The position numbers were made by a program, and so were the translations under genes. Under the pieces are notes generated by a model. It was given only the letters and a program-made list of their open reading frames with translations. It did no database searches and was not told the origin of the DNA. A stretch of 50,953 nt of DNA from an uncultured Lachnospiraceae bacterium (lineage in GTDB: Bacteria; Bacillota; Clostridia; TANB77; CAG-508): positions 1 through 50,953 of the forward strand of contig CAMPBM010000002.1 of the NCBI GenBank assembly GCA_946637865.1, read 5' to 3'. This document shows, in pieces, positions 1-9,658 of the stretch (positions are counted from its first letter, which is position 1; each line of letters begins with the position of its first letter).

Positions 1-75
1 CGTTGTTAATATATTGCTAGCTCTTACATAATTCTTATATTGGACTACTCAACAAAAATGGCTGACCTGTAACCA
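1..75. repeat. Partial right arm of a palindromic repeat-family element, cut by the window start
   Basis: tgttaatatattgc..ttacataatt..gactactc is about 80% the reverse complement of 50885-50940 at the window end. It also resembles 8258-8300. gctgacctgtaacc (61-74) is a module shared with 18999-19012, 33190-33214 and 48410-48501. Confidence 0.55.
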
Positions 76-113
76 AAAATAGGACAAAAAATATAAAAAA
101 TGCTAGAATTTGG

Positions 114-142
114 TTGACATATCATAATAAAAGTGATAGAAT
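114..142 (+). promoter_or_regulatory. Sigma-A type promoter for the rpmG-secE-nusG operon
   Basis: TTGACA (114-119), a 17-nt spacer, then TAGAAT (137-142) preceded by TG (extended -10). Confidence 0.5.
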
Positions 143-212
143 GTATAAGCGTATGTAAGTGAAATAATATGTTTAATACATAAATATGACAAAATGGCTG
201 GAGGTGTATCAA

Positions 213-377
213 ATGGCAGCAAAAGGAGCTAGGGAATCAATAATATTAGCTTGTTCTGACTGTAAGAGAAAAACTTACACAACAAGTAAGAACAAAAGAA
301 ATAATACTGATAGGCTAGAAATAGTTAAATATTGTAAATTCTGTGGAAAACGTACTACACATAAAGAAACAAAATAA
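213..377 (+). CDS. rpmG: 50S ribosomal protein L33
   Basis: The translation [54 protein letters not shown] has the typical L33 zinc-ribbon CxxC..CxxC. A GGAGG RBS precedes the internal ATG at 213, so the track start at 186 is rejected. Position upstream of secE-nusG is the conserved synteny. Confidence 0.9.
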   Translation: MAAKGARESIILACSDCKRKTYTTSKNKRNNTDRLEIVKYCKFCGKRTTHKETK

Positions 378-397
378 TCTTTAGGGAGGAATTAGAA

Positions 398-808
398 ATG
401 GCTAAAGAAAAAGATAGTAAAGTAAAGAAAGATAATAAATACTTTATGAAAGATGTTAAGGCAGAGTTGAAAAGAGTTACTTGGCCTACATCAAAAGAAA
501 TGGTAAACAATGTAACTGCAGTCATAGCTATTGTTATTATCACTGCTGCAATTGTATTTGTTTTAGATTTGTTTTTTGGCGCTGTGAATAAATATGGCTT
601 AGGAAAATTAAAGGAACAGTTAAAGTCAAATCAACAGACACAAACTCAGATTGTTAGCGAAGAAGAGAATAATTCGCAGCAACAGAGCCAAGAACAACAA
701 GGCGATACACAACAGAGCGAAGAAAACGGTAATCAAGACACCCAAAGCACAGAAACAAATGAAAATGGTGAAAATGCAGGAAATGACGAAAATCCAGATG
801 TGGACTAA
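398..808 (+). CDS. secE: Preprotein translocase subunit SecE with a long Q/E/N-rich C-terminal tail
   Basis: The N-terminal ~70 aa (FMKDVKAELKRVTWPTSKEMVNNVTAVIAIVIITAAIVFVLD) match the SecE single-TM core. The gene lies between rpmG and nusG. A GGGAGG RBS is present. Confidence 0.8.
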   Translation: MAKEKDSKVKKDNKYFMKDVKAELKRVTWPTSKEMVNNVTAVIAIVIITAAIVFVLDLFFGAVNKYGLGKLKEQLKSNQQTQTQIVSEEENNSQQQSQEQQGDTQQSEENGNQDTQSTETNENGENAGNDENPDVD

Positions 809-892
809 AAGTATGATTATTAAACCGACCAATATTAATTAGGTATTCGGTCGGGTATTTTATGAACTATTTATATGAAGGAGGCTAAGGTT

Positions 893-1426
893 ATGTCTCA
901 GGGTAATAATGAATTAATTCCAAAGTGGTATGTTGTACATACATATTCTGGTTATGAAAACAAGGTAAAGACAGATTTAGAAAAAACTGTGAAAAATAGA
1001 GAACTAGAAGATTATTTTTTTGAAATAATTGTTCCAATGGAAGAACAGATAGAAATTAAAGATGGAAAAAAGAAAACAAATTTAAAGAAGGTTTTTCCAG
1101 GGTATGTTCTAATAAAAATGATTGTAACTGAAGCAACTTGGTATATAGTGAGAAACACAAGAGGAGTTACAGGCTTTGTTGGTTCTGGAACAGATCCAAT
1201 CCCGCTTACAGACGAAGAAATAAGAAATATGGGATTTGAAAAAGTTGAAGTTAATGTTGATTATAATGTTAACGATTCGATTAAAGTTGTTGATGGACCA
1301 TTAAAGGACTTTGTAGGAATTGTGCAAGAAATTAATAAAGAAAAACACAAGGTTAGAGTGTTGGTTTCTATGTTTGGAAGAGAAACTCCAGTAGAATTAG
1401 AATTTTCACAGGTTCAAAAAGTCTAA
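893..1426 (+). CDS. nusG: Transcription termination/antitermination factor NusG
   Basis: KWYVVHTYSGYENKV (NGN domain) and a C-terminal KOW (VKVVDGPLKDFVGIVQEI) are present. An AAGGAGG RBS precedes the ATG at 893. Synteny is secE-nusG-rplK. Confidence 0.92.
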   Translation: MSQGNNELIPKWYVVHTYSGYENKVKTDLEKTVKNRELEDYFFEIIVPMEEQIEIKDGKKKTNLKKVFPGYVLIKMIVTEATWYIVRNTRGVTGFVGSGTDPIPLTDEEIRNMGFEKVEVNVDYNVNDSIKVVDGPLKDFVGIVQEINKEKHKVRVLVSMFGRETPVELEFSQVQKV

Positions 1427-1523
1427 TAAAAATTTTATATCATATTATAATTAAAGAGTTAATAATTTAAATTTATATAAATTATTTTGTCAATATATAG
1501 AATTAAAGGAGGTGCAATTAGAA

Positions 1524-1952
1524 ATGGCAGAAAAGGAAATTAGCAATATTATAAAATTGCAAATACCTGCAGGTAAAGCTACACCAGCTCCACCAGTAGG
1601 TCCAGCATTAGGTTCAAGTGGTGTTAACATTATGCAATTCGTTAAAGAATTTAATGATAGAACAGCAAATCAACCTGGAATGATAATCCCAGTAGTTATT
1701 ACTGTTTATAAAGATAAATCTTTTGAATTCATAACAAAGGTACCACCAGTTGCAGTTTTAATAAAAAAAGCTGCAAAGATTGAAAAAGCTTCAGGAAAAC
1801 CTAATATTGATAAGGTTGCAACAATAACAAAAGCTCAAGTTAAAGAAATTGCTGAGCAAAAAATGCCAGACTTAAATGCTGCATCATTAGAAGCTGCAAT
1901 GAGTATGGTAGCAGGAACTGCTCGCTCTATGGGAGTTATAGTTGCTGAATAA
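1524..1952 (+). CDS. rplK: 50S ribosomal protein L11
   Basis: [35 protein letters not shown] is the L11 signature. AAGGAGG lies 11 nt upstream of the ATG at 1524. Confidence 0.95.
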   Translation: MAEKEISNIIKLQIPAGKATPAPPVGPALGSSGVNIMQFVKEFNDRTANQPGMIIPVVITVYKDKSFEFITKVPPVAVLIKKAAKIEKASGKPNIDKVATITKAQVKEIAEQKMPDLNAASLEAAMSMVAGTARSMGVIVAE

Positions 1953-2153
1953 TTGTTTTAGTTTTCCTATTGCATAGGAAAATATTAATCGTAGGGGAGC
2001 GCTAAAGTGCTCCATAGAAAAATCTTCGATTTTTCTAATTACTTGAATATATGTTACATGTATTGATTTATTTTATGAATATATAGTGTGACATTGTTTA
2101 AGCTAATTATAATTGGGAGAGTGAAAAGCTCGTTTGAACCAAAGGAGGTAAAT

Positions 2154-2837
2154 ATGAAAAAAGGAAAAAGATATGTTGCAGGTGAAAAACTTGTAGATAG
2201 GTCAAAAGCCTATAGTGCAAAGGAAGCTTTAGAGTTAATTGAAAAAATGCCTAAAGCAAAATTTGATGAAACTGTAGAATTACATGTAAAATTAGGTGTT
2301 GATTCTAAACATGCAGATCAACAAGTTAGAGGTACAACAGTACTTCCTAATGGTACTGGAAAAACTTTAAGGGTGTTAGTATTTGCTAAAGGACCAAAAG
2401 CTGAGGAAGCTGTTAAAGCAGGAGCAGATTTTGTTGGTGCAGAAGAGTTAATACCAAAAATAGAAAAAGAAAATTGGTTTGATTATGATGTAATAGTTGC
2501 TACACCAGATATGATGGGTGTAGTTGGTAGATTAGGTAAGGTGTTAGGACCAAAAGGATTAATGCCTAACCCTAAATCAGGAACAGTAACAATGGATGTT
2601 ACTAAAGCAATTAATGAAATTAAATCTGGTAAAGTTGAATATAGATTAGATAAAACTAACATTATTCACTTAGGATTTGGTAAAGTTTCATTTGGTTCAG
2701 AAAAATTGCTAGAAAATTATGATGCAATTATAAATGCAATCATAAAAGCAAAACCAGCAGCAGCTAAAGGACAATACATTAAGAGTGTTGCTATTTCTAC
2801 AACAATGGGACCAAGCATGTATATTGATCAAAAATAA
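2154..2837 (+). CDS. rplA: 50S ribosomal protein L1
   Basis: The translation from [37 protein letters not shown].. is L1. AAAGGAGG lies upstream of the ATG at 2154. The track's 22-codon N-terminal extension is rejected. Confidence 0.95.
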   Translation: MKKGKRYVAGEKLVDRSKAYSAKEALELIEKMPKAKFDETVELHVKLGVDSKHADQQVRGTTVLPNGTGKTLRVLVFAKGPKAEEAVKAGADFVGAEELIPKIEKENWFDYDVIVATPDMMGVVGRLGKVLGPKGLMPNPKSGTVTMDVTKAINEIKSGKVEYRLDKTNIIHLGFGKVSFGSEKLLENYDAIINAIIKAKPAAAKGQYIKSVAISTTMGPSMYIDQK

Positions 2838-2998
2838 TTTATAAATTTATATAGCCAAAGAAAGTAGGCATAAAGGTAAGACCTACCGAGGCAAACATTT
2901 TGTGCGGTATTGTATCCAATCTGTATGTGTGTCTCGTATACGACTATATAGATTGGATTTTATTATTGCATAAATTTCTAGGAGGTGAACTAATTAAA
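2838..2998 (+). promoter_or_regulatory. Candidate L10 (rplJ) leader with attenuator hairpin
   Basis: A structured 160-nt leader directly upstream of rplJ. It contains gtagg..cctac, the palindrome tcgtatacga, and a 9-bp stem atccaatct (2914-2922)/agattggat (2950-2958) followed by ttttatt. L10(L12)4 autoregulation through such a leader is known in Firmicutes. Confidence 0.45.
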
Positions 2999-3502
2999 AT
3001 GGCAAGTGAAACTATTTTAAAACAAAAGGAAGCTGAGGTTAATGCTTTAGCAGAAAAATTTAAAGAAGCTAAGGTTATACTTTTAACAGATTACAGAGGA
3101 ATAAATGTAGCTGATGATACAAAGTTAAGAACAGATATAAGAAATGCAAATGCACAATACAAGATTATTAAAAACAATATTGTAAAAAGAGCATTAAATG
3201 CAAACAATGAAAATGGATTAGATGACTTATTAGAAGGTCCTACTGCAATTGTAATTGGTAATGAGGATTATTTAGAGCCTGCTAAAGTTATTTATAATTT
3301 TTCAAAAAATAATGAATTCTACAAAATTAAAGGTGGAATAATTGAAGGTAAGGTAGTTACTGCAGAAGAAATTATCACTTTAGCAAAATTACCATCAAGA
3401 GAAACATTATTATCAATGCTTGCAGGTGGATTACTTGGAACAATTTCAAAATTTGCTGTTGCTCTTGACCAAGTTCGTTTGCAAAAAGAAGAACAAGCTT
3501 AA
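2999..3502 (+). CDS. rplJ: 50S ribosomal protein L10
   Basis: The translation MASETILKQKEAEVNALAEKFKEAKVILLTDYRGINV.. is L10-like. GGAGG lies upstream of the ATG at 2999. Confidence 0.93.
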   Translation: MASETILKQKEAEVNALAEKFKEAKVILLTDYRGINVADDTKLRTDIRNANAQYKIIKNNIVKRALNANNENGLDDLLEGPTAIVIGNEDYLEPAKVIYNFSKNNEFYKIKGGIIEGKVVTAEEIITLAKLPSRETLLSMLAGGLLGTISKFAVALDQVRLQKEEQA

Positions 3503-3878
3503 TTTAAAAAATTAAGATGAATATGATTATACAAGACTGTACATATAAGTGCGCAATTTAGAGATGTATATTTTCAGGATGTTGTGTGTATTATAAAATA
3601 TTAAATGTTTTATAGTTTTTCCCTGCTTTATTGCGATAGATTAAATATTGTGTAGAGATTGTATGTTATAAGAAAATATAATAGCAAAGAAATTGCTATT
3701 AATCAGAGTCGTGAACTAAAATCACTGTATTATATTCGAGTTGCGAACGTAGATCGCAGGATGTAAAATTAGTATAAGTATAGTGCAGGTATATATTAAG
3801 TATAATAGTACTATTTAAATATATCGCATATACATAAAATAATGGCTTGGCCATAATAAAAAATAGGAGGATATTAAA

Positions 3879-4244
3879 ATGAATAAAGAAGAAATGATTG
3901 AAGAAATCAAAAAAATGACAGTTGTTGAGTTAGCTGATTTAGTAAAAGCTATAGAAGAAGAATTTGGAGTTTCTGCAGTAGCAGCTGCAGCACCAGCAGC
4001 AGGTGGAACAGTTGCAGGAGCTGCTGAAGAAAAAACATCATTCAATGTTGTATTAACAGATGCTGGAGCAAACAAAATACAAGTAATCAAAGTTGTTAGA
4101 GATGCTACAGGTTTAGGATTAAAAGAAGCTAAAGAATTAGTTGATGGAGCTCCTAAGACAATCAAAGAAGGAGTTAACAAAGATGAAGCTGAAGAATTAA
4201 AAGCTAAATTTACAGAAGTTGGAGCAGTTGTAGAACTTCAATAA
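3879..4244 (+). CDS. rplL: 50S ribosomal protein L7/L12
   Basis: An Ala-rich hinge is present ([11 protein letters not shown]), and the C-terminal domain [34 protein letters not shown] is the L7/L12 signature. Confidence 0.95.
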   Translation: MNKEEMIEEIKKMTVVELADLVKAIEEEFGVSAVAAAAPAAGGTVAGAAEEKTSFNVVLTDAGANKIQVIKVVRDATGLGLKEAKELVDGAPKTIKEGVNKDEAEELKAKFTEVGAVVELQ

Positions 4245-4264
4245 TTAGTATTATTGTCAAATAA

Positions 4265-4302
4265 GGCAGATAGGATTATAAAGGGCTTATCTGTCTTTTT
4301 TT
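4265..4302 (+). terminator. Intrinsic terminator after rplL
   Basis: Imperfect stem ggcagatagg/gcttatctgtc followed by a T7 run. Confidence 0.6.
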
Positions 4303-4403
4303 ATGTAATAGATAACTTCTAGCAGGGTGTAAAAATCAGCTTATAGAGCTTTCCTACTATAATAAGAAAGTTATGGCACATGGTAAAGTAAATTGCTTTT
4401 TAA

Positions 4404-4433
4404 CGGCTTATTGTAAGAGCCGTGAATTGTAAC
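4404..4433. repeat. Short hairpin repeat ending in gtgaattgtaac, copy 1
   Basis: cggcttattgtaagagccgtgaattgtaac is the reverse complement, with 2 mismatches, of 8083-8112. Confidence 0.6.
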
Positions 4434-4463
4434 ATATTCCTTTATATAGTGAAAAAATTTTGA

Positions 4464-4492
4464 TTGACAAGAATCAATATAGGGTATAGAAT
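4464..4492 (+). promoter_or_regulatory. Sigma-A type promoter upstream of plsX
   Basis: TTGACA (4464-4469), a 17-nt spacer, then TAGAAT (4487-4492). Confidence 0.5.
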
Positions 4493-4523
4493 ATAGTAAT
4501 AGAATAAGATTATGGAGGAAAAA

Positions 4524-5564
4524 ATGAAAATTTTATTAGATGCAATGGGTGGAGATAATGCACCAGATGCAAATATAAAAGGTGCAGTAAAAGCAATTAA
4601 TCAGATAGAGTCAGACGTCGTTTTAATTGGAAATGAAAATATAATTAATTCAAAAATCAAGGAATTGTATGGGAAGAATAATATTACAGAAATCTCTAAT
4701 AGATTATCAATAAAACATACTACAGAAACAATTGAGATGGAAGATATACCTACTCAGGCAATAAAACATAAAAAGGATTCATCTATGGTAGTAGGATTCA
4801 ATATGTTAAAAAATGGTGAAGGAGATGTTTTTGTTTCTGCAGGTAATTCTGGAGCATTGCTTACTGGTGCTACATTATTAGTAGGAAGAATAAAAGGTAT
4901 AGATAGACCTGCATTAGCTGGAATACTTCCCGCATATAAGGGTAGATTGTTATTGATAGATTCTGGTTCAAATACTAACTGTAAACCAATTAATTTACTT
5001 CAATTTGCTCAAATGGCGACGATATATCTAAATAATACATTTGGTACGAAGCAACCTAGAATTGGGCTATTAAATATTGGTACGGAGGAAACAAAAGGTA
5101 ATGAATTAACTAAGGAGTCATACAAATTATTAAAAGAAAAGTCTGAGGAATTAAATATTAATTTTATTGGAAATGTTGAAGGAAGAGATGCCTTTTCTGG
5201 AAATATTGACGCAATAGTGACAGATGGATTTACAGGTAATGTATTTTTAAAGGCGGTTGAAGGATTGGGAAAATTCGTAAAAACTTCTCTAAAAGATAGT
5301 TTAATGAAAAGTACATTATCAAAAATTGCTGTAGTACCTGCTTTGCCAGGTCTAAAACGTTTTGCTAAAATGGTTGATTATAAAGAGTACGGTGGTGCAC
5401 TATTTTTGGGAGTAAAAAAACCTGTTGTAAAGGCACATGGTAGCAGTGATGAAAAATTATTTGAATATACTATAAAGCAGGCAGAGCAATTTGTTAAAAA
5501 TAGTGCTGTTGAAAGAATGATTGAGGAATTTGATAAAATTAATTCAAAAAAGCTTGACATTTAG
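4524..5564 (+). CDS. plsX: Phosphate acyltransferase PlsX
   Basis: MKILLDAMGGDNAP.. is the typical PlsX N-terminus. Also present are VSAGNSGAL and DGFTGNV. GGAGG lies upstream of the ATG at 4524. Confidence 0.9.
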   Translation: MKILLDAMGGDNAPDANIKGAVKAINQIESDVVLIGNENIINSKIKELYGKNNITEISNRLSIKHTTETIEMEDIPTQAIKHKKDSSMVVGFNMLKNGEGDVFVSAGNSGALLTGATLLVGRIKGIDRPALAGILPAYKGRLLLIDSGSNTNCKPINLLQFAQMATIYLNNTFGTKQPRIGLLNIGTEETKGNELTKESYKLLKEKSEELNINFIGNVEGRDAFSGNIDAIVTDGFTGNVFLKAVEGLGKFVKTSLKDSLMKSTLSKIAVVPALPGLKRFAKMVDYKEYGGALFLGVKKPVVKAHGSSDEKLFEYTIKQAEQFVKNSAVERMIEEFDKINSKKLDI

Positions 5565-5644
5565 TTGAACATATATTATTGTTAGATAAGTAAGATTGAT
5601 ATAAAAATCGGATACATAATACTTGGAGGGAGGTGAACTTGGAT

Positions 5645-5887
5645 ATGAGTTCAGAAGAGGTTTTTGAAAAAGTTAAGAATATAATTGTTGAGCAATTAGG
5701 TGCTACAGAGAGTGCAGTAACTATGGAGGCATCTTTTATAGATGATTTGGGTGCAGATTCTTTAGATATAGTTGAATTAATAATGGCGTTAGAAGAAGAA
5801 TTTGATACAGAAATTCCAGATGCTGATGCAGAAAAAGTTGTGACAGTTGGAGATGTTGTAGACTATATAAAAGACCATATTGCATAA
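5645..5887 (+). CDS. acpP: Acyl carrier protein
   Basis: [19 protein letters not shown] contains the phosphopantetheine-attachment DSLD motif. The product is 80 aa. Confidence 0.93.
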   Translation: MSSEEVFEKVKNIIVEQLGATESAVTMEASFIDDLGADSLDIVELIMALEEEFDTEIPDADAEKVVTVGDVVDYIKDHIA

Positions 5888-6098
5888 ATGAACAAATAAA
5901 ATTGAAAGGGTAACTCCTTTCTTTTTTGTTAAAAAATAAGGTTACATAAAACACATGATGCTACAGAGTAAAATTATATCTTTGTGTGGTATAATTGAAG
6001 ATATATAAAAATCGAAAAGTATAGTTATTATATAATTAATATATCTTTGATAATAGAACAATCATATTTAAATAAGAATTAGATTAAAGGAGGAATAA

Positions 6099-6776
6099 AT
6101 GGATTTATCGGTATTAGAAAGAAACATAGATTATAAATTTAATAATATAGAATTATTAAAAAAAGCATTGACGCATACATCGTATGCAAATGAACATCAT
6201 ATAGAGAGTAATGAAAAATTAGAGTTTTTAGGTGATAGTATTTTAGAATTTATTTCTAGTAAATATATATTTGATAATTATGATTTTTTAAAGGAAGGAG
6301 AAATGACTAAAGTTAGAGCTGATGTAGTTTGTGAAAAAAGTCTATATAAAATTGCGTTAAAGCATAATTTTAGTGATTTCTTATATTTAGGAAAGAGTCA
6401 AATTATGAGTAAAGAAGCTAGACGACCAGCAATATTGGCTGATAGTGTTGAAGCGTTGATAGCTGCAATTTATTTTGATTCAGGTTTAGAGCAAGCAGAA
6501 AGGTTTATTGTAAATAATCTAAAAGAAGAAATTAAAGTAGCAAGTAAAAATGTTGGTATGAAGGATTATAAAACGGTTTTACAAGAAAAACTACAAATCC
6601 ACGGGGATGTAAGTATTAAATATGAGATTCTTGAAGAGAAAGGTCCAGATCATGATAAAACCTTTGTGTCGCAGGTAAGTTGTAATGGAAAGAAATTGGC
6701 TGTTGGTGAGGGAAAAAATAAAAAATCTGCAGAAATGGATGCTGCAAGAAAAGCTTTGAAAAATCTAGAAAAGTAA
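6099..6776 (+). CDS. rnc: Ribonuclease III
   Basis: The EKLEFLGDSILE RNase III signature is present, with a C-terminal dsRBD (GPDHDKTF..GKNKKSAEMDAARKAL). Confidence 0.93.
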   Translation: MDLSVLERNIDYKFNNIELLKKALTHTSYANEHHIESNEKLEFLGDSILEFISSKYIFDNYDFLKEGEMTKVRADVVCEKSLYKIALKHNFSDFLYLGKSQIMSKEARRPAILADSVEALIAAIYFDSGLEQAERFIVNNLKEEIKVASKNVGMKDYKTVLQEKLQIHGDVSIKYEILEEKGPDHDKTFVSQVSCNGKKLAVGEGKNKKSAEMDAARKALKNLEK

Positions 6777-7043
6777 TTATTCATACATAGTGCATTGGTT
6801 TGCTAGAAAGTAATACTGAGCTTTAGAGCTTTCCTAATATATAATAGTACTTTGCAATTTTTATGTATAGAAATAAAAAGAAAAATACAGGTAATAAATG
6901 GTTTATGGGTGGTTCCATTTGTAGTAACCAAAAATCTTATTACTGTCACCTTAAAGAGAGTTTAAAAATATAAAAAGTTTGTAAAAAATATTAAGATGAT
7001 AGTGTTTCTAAAAACCTAAATTTATTTTTCAAGGAGTTCAGCA

Positions 7044-8069
7044 GTGAAAAAAGAATATATAATTCCAATATTTGTTCCACATTTAGGATGTCCGAACGAT
7101 TGTACTTTTTGCAATCAGAAAAAAATTAGTGGACAGAAAAAAAACATAGGAAAAAAAGATGTTGCTGAGATTATCGAATACTATTTGAATAATTTTAGAG
7201 AAAAAGATAAAAAGATAGAAGTTGCTTTTTTTGGAGGCAGTTTTACAGGCATTGAACCAGAAAAGCAGGAGGAACTTTTATCAATGGCATATAAGTATGT
7301 AAAAATGGGAAAAATTCATGGTATAAGGATTTCTACAAGACCAGACTATATTAATCAAGATATATTAAATCTATTAAAAAAGTATAAGGTGGAAACTATT
7401 GAGCTTGGTGTTCAATCTGCAAATGATTATATCTTAGAAAAATGTAAGCGAGGACACAATTTTAATGATGTAAAGAAAGCATCAAAATTAATTAGGAAAA
7501 ACAATTTTTTATTAGGTCATCAGATGATGATTGGATTGCCAGAGAGTACACAAAAAGACGAAATAGAAACTGCAAAGAAACTAATAAAACTAAAACCTAA
7601 AGTAATAAGAATTTATCCAGTATTAGTAATAAAGGATACTAAATTAGCCGAAGACTATGCTAATGGTGATTATGTCCCTAATACATTAGAACAAGCTGTT
7701 GAAACATCAGCAGTATTGTTGAAAATGTTTAATAAAAAGAAGATTGACGTAATTAGGATTGGTTTACAGAGTACAGAGGAAATATGCAATCCTGAAAATG
7801 AAGGAAGTCAGGTCATTGCAGGTCCATATCATCCAGCTTTTAGACAGTTGGTTGAGAGTAGAATATGCTATGATGAAATTTCAAAAAAAATTGGGAGATT
7901 AAATAATAAAGTTAAAAAAGTTAAGGTAGCGGTTAATGATAATTGTATTAATAATTTTATTGGACATAAAAGAGAAAATATAAATCGAATAAAGGAGATT
8001 TATAATGTGGATTTGCTTATTAAGAAAGATGGTAATGTAAAAAGTTTTAAAATTTTAGAGATTATGTAA
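7044..8069 (+). CDS. Radical SAM protein (Elp3/HemN-like family)
   Basis: A CPNDCTFC (CxxxCxxC) cluster motif lies near the N-terminus. The GTG start has an AAGGAG RBS. Position downstream of rnc matches many Clostridia. Confidence 0.75.
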   Translation: MKKEYIIPIFVPHLGCPNDCTFCNQKKISGQKKNIGKKDVAEIIEYYLNNFREKDKKIEVAFFGGSFTGIEPEKQEELLSMAYKYVKMGKIHGIRISTRPDYINQDILNLLKKYKVETIELGVQSANDYILEKCKRGHNFNDVKKASKLIRKNNFLLGHQMMIGLPESTQKDEIETAKKLIKLKPKVIRIYPVLVIKDTKLAEDYANGDYVPNTLEQAVETSAVLLKMFNKKKIDVIRIGLQSTEEICNPENEGSQVIAGPYHPAFRQLVESRICYDEISKKIGRLNNKVKKVKVAVNDNCINNFIGHKRENINRIKEIYNVDLLIKKDGNVKSFKILEIM

Positions 8070-8082
8070 TAGTTACTTAATC

Positions 8083-8112
8083 GTTACAATTCACGGCTTT
8101 TGCAATAAGCCG
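8083..8112. repeat. Short hairpin repeat beginning with gttacaattcac, copy 2 (inverted relative to copy 1)
   Basis: gttacaattcacggcttttgcaataagccg is the reverse complement of 4404-4433 with 2 mismatches. Confidence 0.6.
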
Positions 8113-8546
8113 TAAAAAATCAAAAATATATAATTGCTTACAATAAGGGTGACGTAGGAATTATCTTTAGCAGGGATATCACTGTTAAAGACAATTCGTA
8201 CGTCCCCCTGTCGTATTCCTTGTGCACATTTTGATAAACCTTGCCAAACTATGCGTCATGAGCTCCACTGTTAATATATATTGTCTGTGTTTACATAATT
8301 TTGGTTTTTTCTACTCTACAGTAAATTGTAACACTTAATTAGTGTTTGAAAAATTAAAGTATGAATGATATTTACAAATGTTTAAGATATAAAATATTAT
8401 AGAAATTTAAGAATACTTCTTTATTATAATTATAAAATAGGAAAACATAGATTTATTATTAGAAAAAAAGAAAATAGCATTTTTTATACTTAATAATGGA
8501 ATAAATAACCTATAATGAGGAAAAATAAGGTATAGGTGATATATAT

Positions 8547-9431
8547 ATGATGGGCATAAATCATTTGAATAAATATAGTATAAAAGATTTGTTATTTAGC
8601 ATAATTGGGCTTGTAGTAGGGACGTTTTTAATGGCATGTTCTACAGCTCTTTTCTTGTTGCCTAACAAACTATCGACGGGAGGATTTTCTGGAATTGCAA
8701 CTATTGTTTATTATTTATGTAATTTGCCAGTTGGTATAGCTATGATTATTTTGAACATTCCATTATTTGTAATTGCTTTATTTAGAGTTGGAAAAAAGTT
8801 TGTATTTAAATCAATTGTAGGAACCATATTATTAGCTACCTTTATAGATATGCTTGGACGCTCCCAAGCGATAACAACGGATAAATTTTTAGCTTGTATT
8901 TATGGTGGAATAATAATGGGGATAGGAACTGCTTTGATTTTGAAGGTGGACGCATCTACAGGAGGAAGTGATTTGCTATCTTTTGTAATACGATCTTTTA
9001 ACAAGAAGTTTAAGTCGGCAGATTTGATAATAGGTGTTGATACGCTTATAATTGTTGCGAGTATTCTTGTTTTCAAAGAAATTGAAATTGGATTGTATTC
9101 GGCTATTGCGATTTTTTTGATGGGAAAGATGATAGATATTGTATTTGAAGGCGTAAATTTTACGAAGGTATTATTTATTATTTCGGAGAAATATGATGAA
9201 ATTTCAAAGGTTGTAGGAAATGATGTAAAGAGAGGAAGTACAGGTATTTATGCAAAAGGTATGCATTCTGGTAGTAATAAGATGATGCTATTTTGTGTTG
9301 GATCAAGAAATGAGGTTATAAAAATAAAGAATATAGCTACAAGAATTGACGGCAAAGCGTTTATAGTTATTTTTAATGCAAGGGAAACCTGGGGAAAGGG
9401 GTTTGAGAAGAGCTCAAATTTTTTACAATAA
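8547..9431 (+). CDS. YitT-family membrane protein (DUF161/DUF2179 type)
   Basis: A multi-TM N-terminal part with repeated GG(F/I)SG..-like segments and a soluble C-terminal domain (GSTGIYAKGMHSG..MLFCVGSRNE) match the typical YitT architecture. Confidence 0.7.
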   Translation: MMGINHLNKYSIKDLLFSIIGLVVGTFLMACSTALFLLPNKLSTGGFSGIATIVYYLCNLPVGIAMIILNIPLFVIALFRVGKKFVFKSIVGTILLATFIDMLGRSQAITTDKFLACIYGGIIMGIGTALILKVDASTGGSDLLSFVIRSFNKKFKSADLIIGVDTLIIVASILVFKEIEIGLYSAIAIFLMGKMIDIVFEGVNFTKVLFIISEKYDEISKVVGNDVKRGSTGIYAKGMHSGSNKMMLFCVGSRNEVIKIKNIATRIDGKAFIVIFNARETWGKGFEKSSNFLQ

Positions 9432-9495
9432 AAAATATTTAATGAGGTTATCTCCTTAACTGTAGTGTGAATGTCTGACCTATAACAACCCAGTA

Positions 9496-9658
9496 GGTTA
9501 CAATTCAGGTGCCCATAATGTTGATGAAATATATTAATACTCCGTTCGTTTGCTGGCGCTATGATATGTGAAAAAGACGTTAGGTGGGAGCGCCAAACTG
9601 CGCACTCCACTTCGTATTAATATATTTCATCAACATTATGGGCACCTGAATTGTAACC
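9496..9658. repeat. Palindromic repeat element A: 45-bp perfect inverted arms around a ~73-bp GC-rich core
   Basis: The left arm ggttacaattcaggtgcccataatgttgatgaaatatattaatac (9496-9540) is exactly complementary to the right arm (9614-9658). The core tccgttcgtttgctggcg..ggtgggagcgccaaactgcgcactccac is near-identical to the core at 31714-31787. ccagta directly flanks both ends (9490-9495 and 9659-9664). Confidence 0.85.

Noticed and set aside
186-212. N-terminally extended starts given by the ORF track for rpmG. The same applies to nusG 875, rplK 1512, rplA 2088, rplJ 2900, plsX 4512, acpP 5633, rluD 12466, 13480, 14337, hsdS 23832, 26486, minE 35949, mazF 40010 and 48641.
   Set aside because: In each case an internal ATG is preceded at 6-12 nt by a GGAGG-like RBS and matches the conserved N-terminus of the family. 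The extensions overlap upstream genes or leaders.
9248-9610. A 120-aa minus-strand ORF.
   Set aside because: It runs antisense through the 3' end of the YitT gene and into palindromic element A. It has no RBS. The open frame is a by-product of the palindrome.
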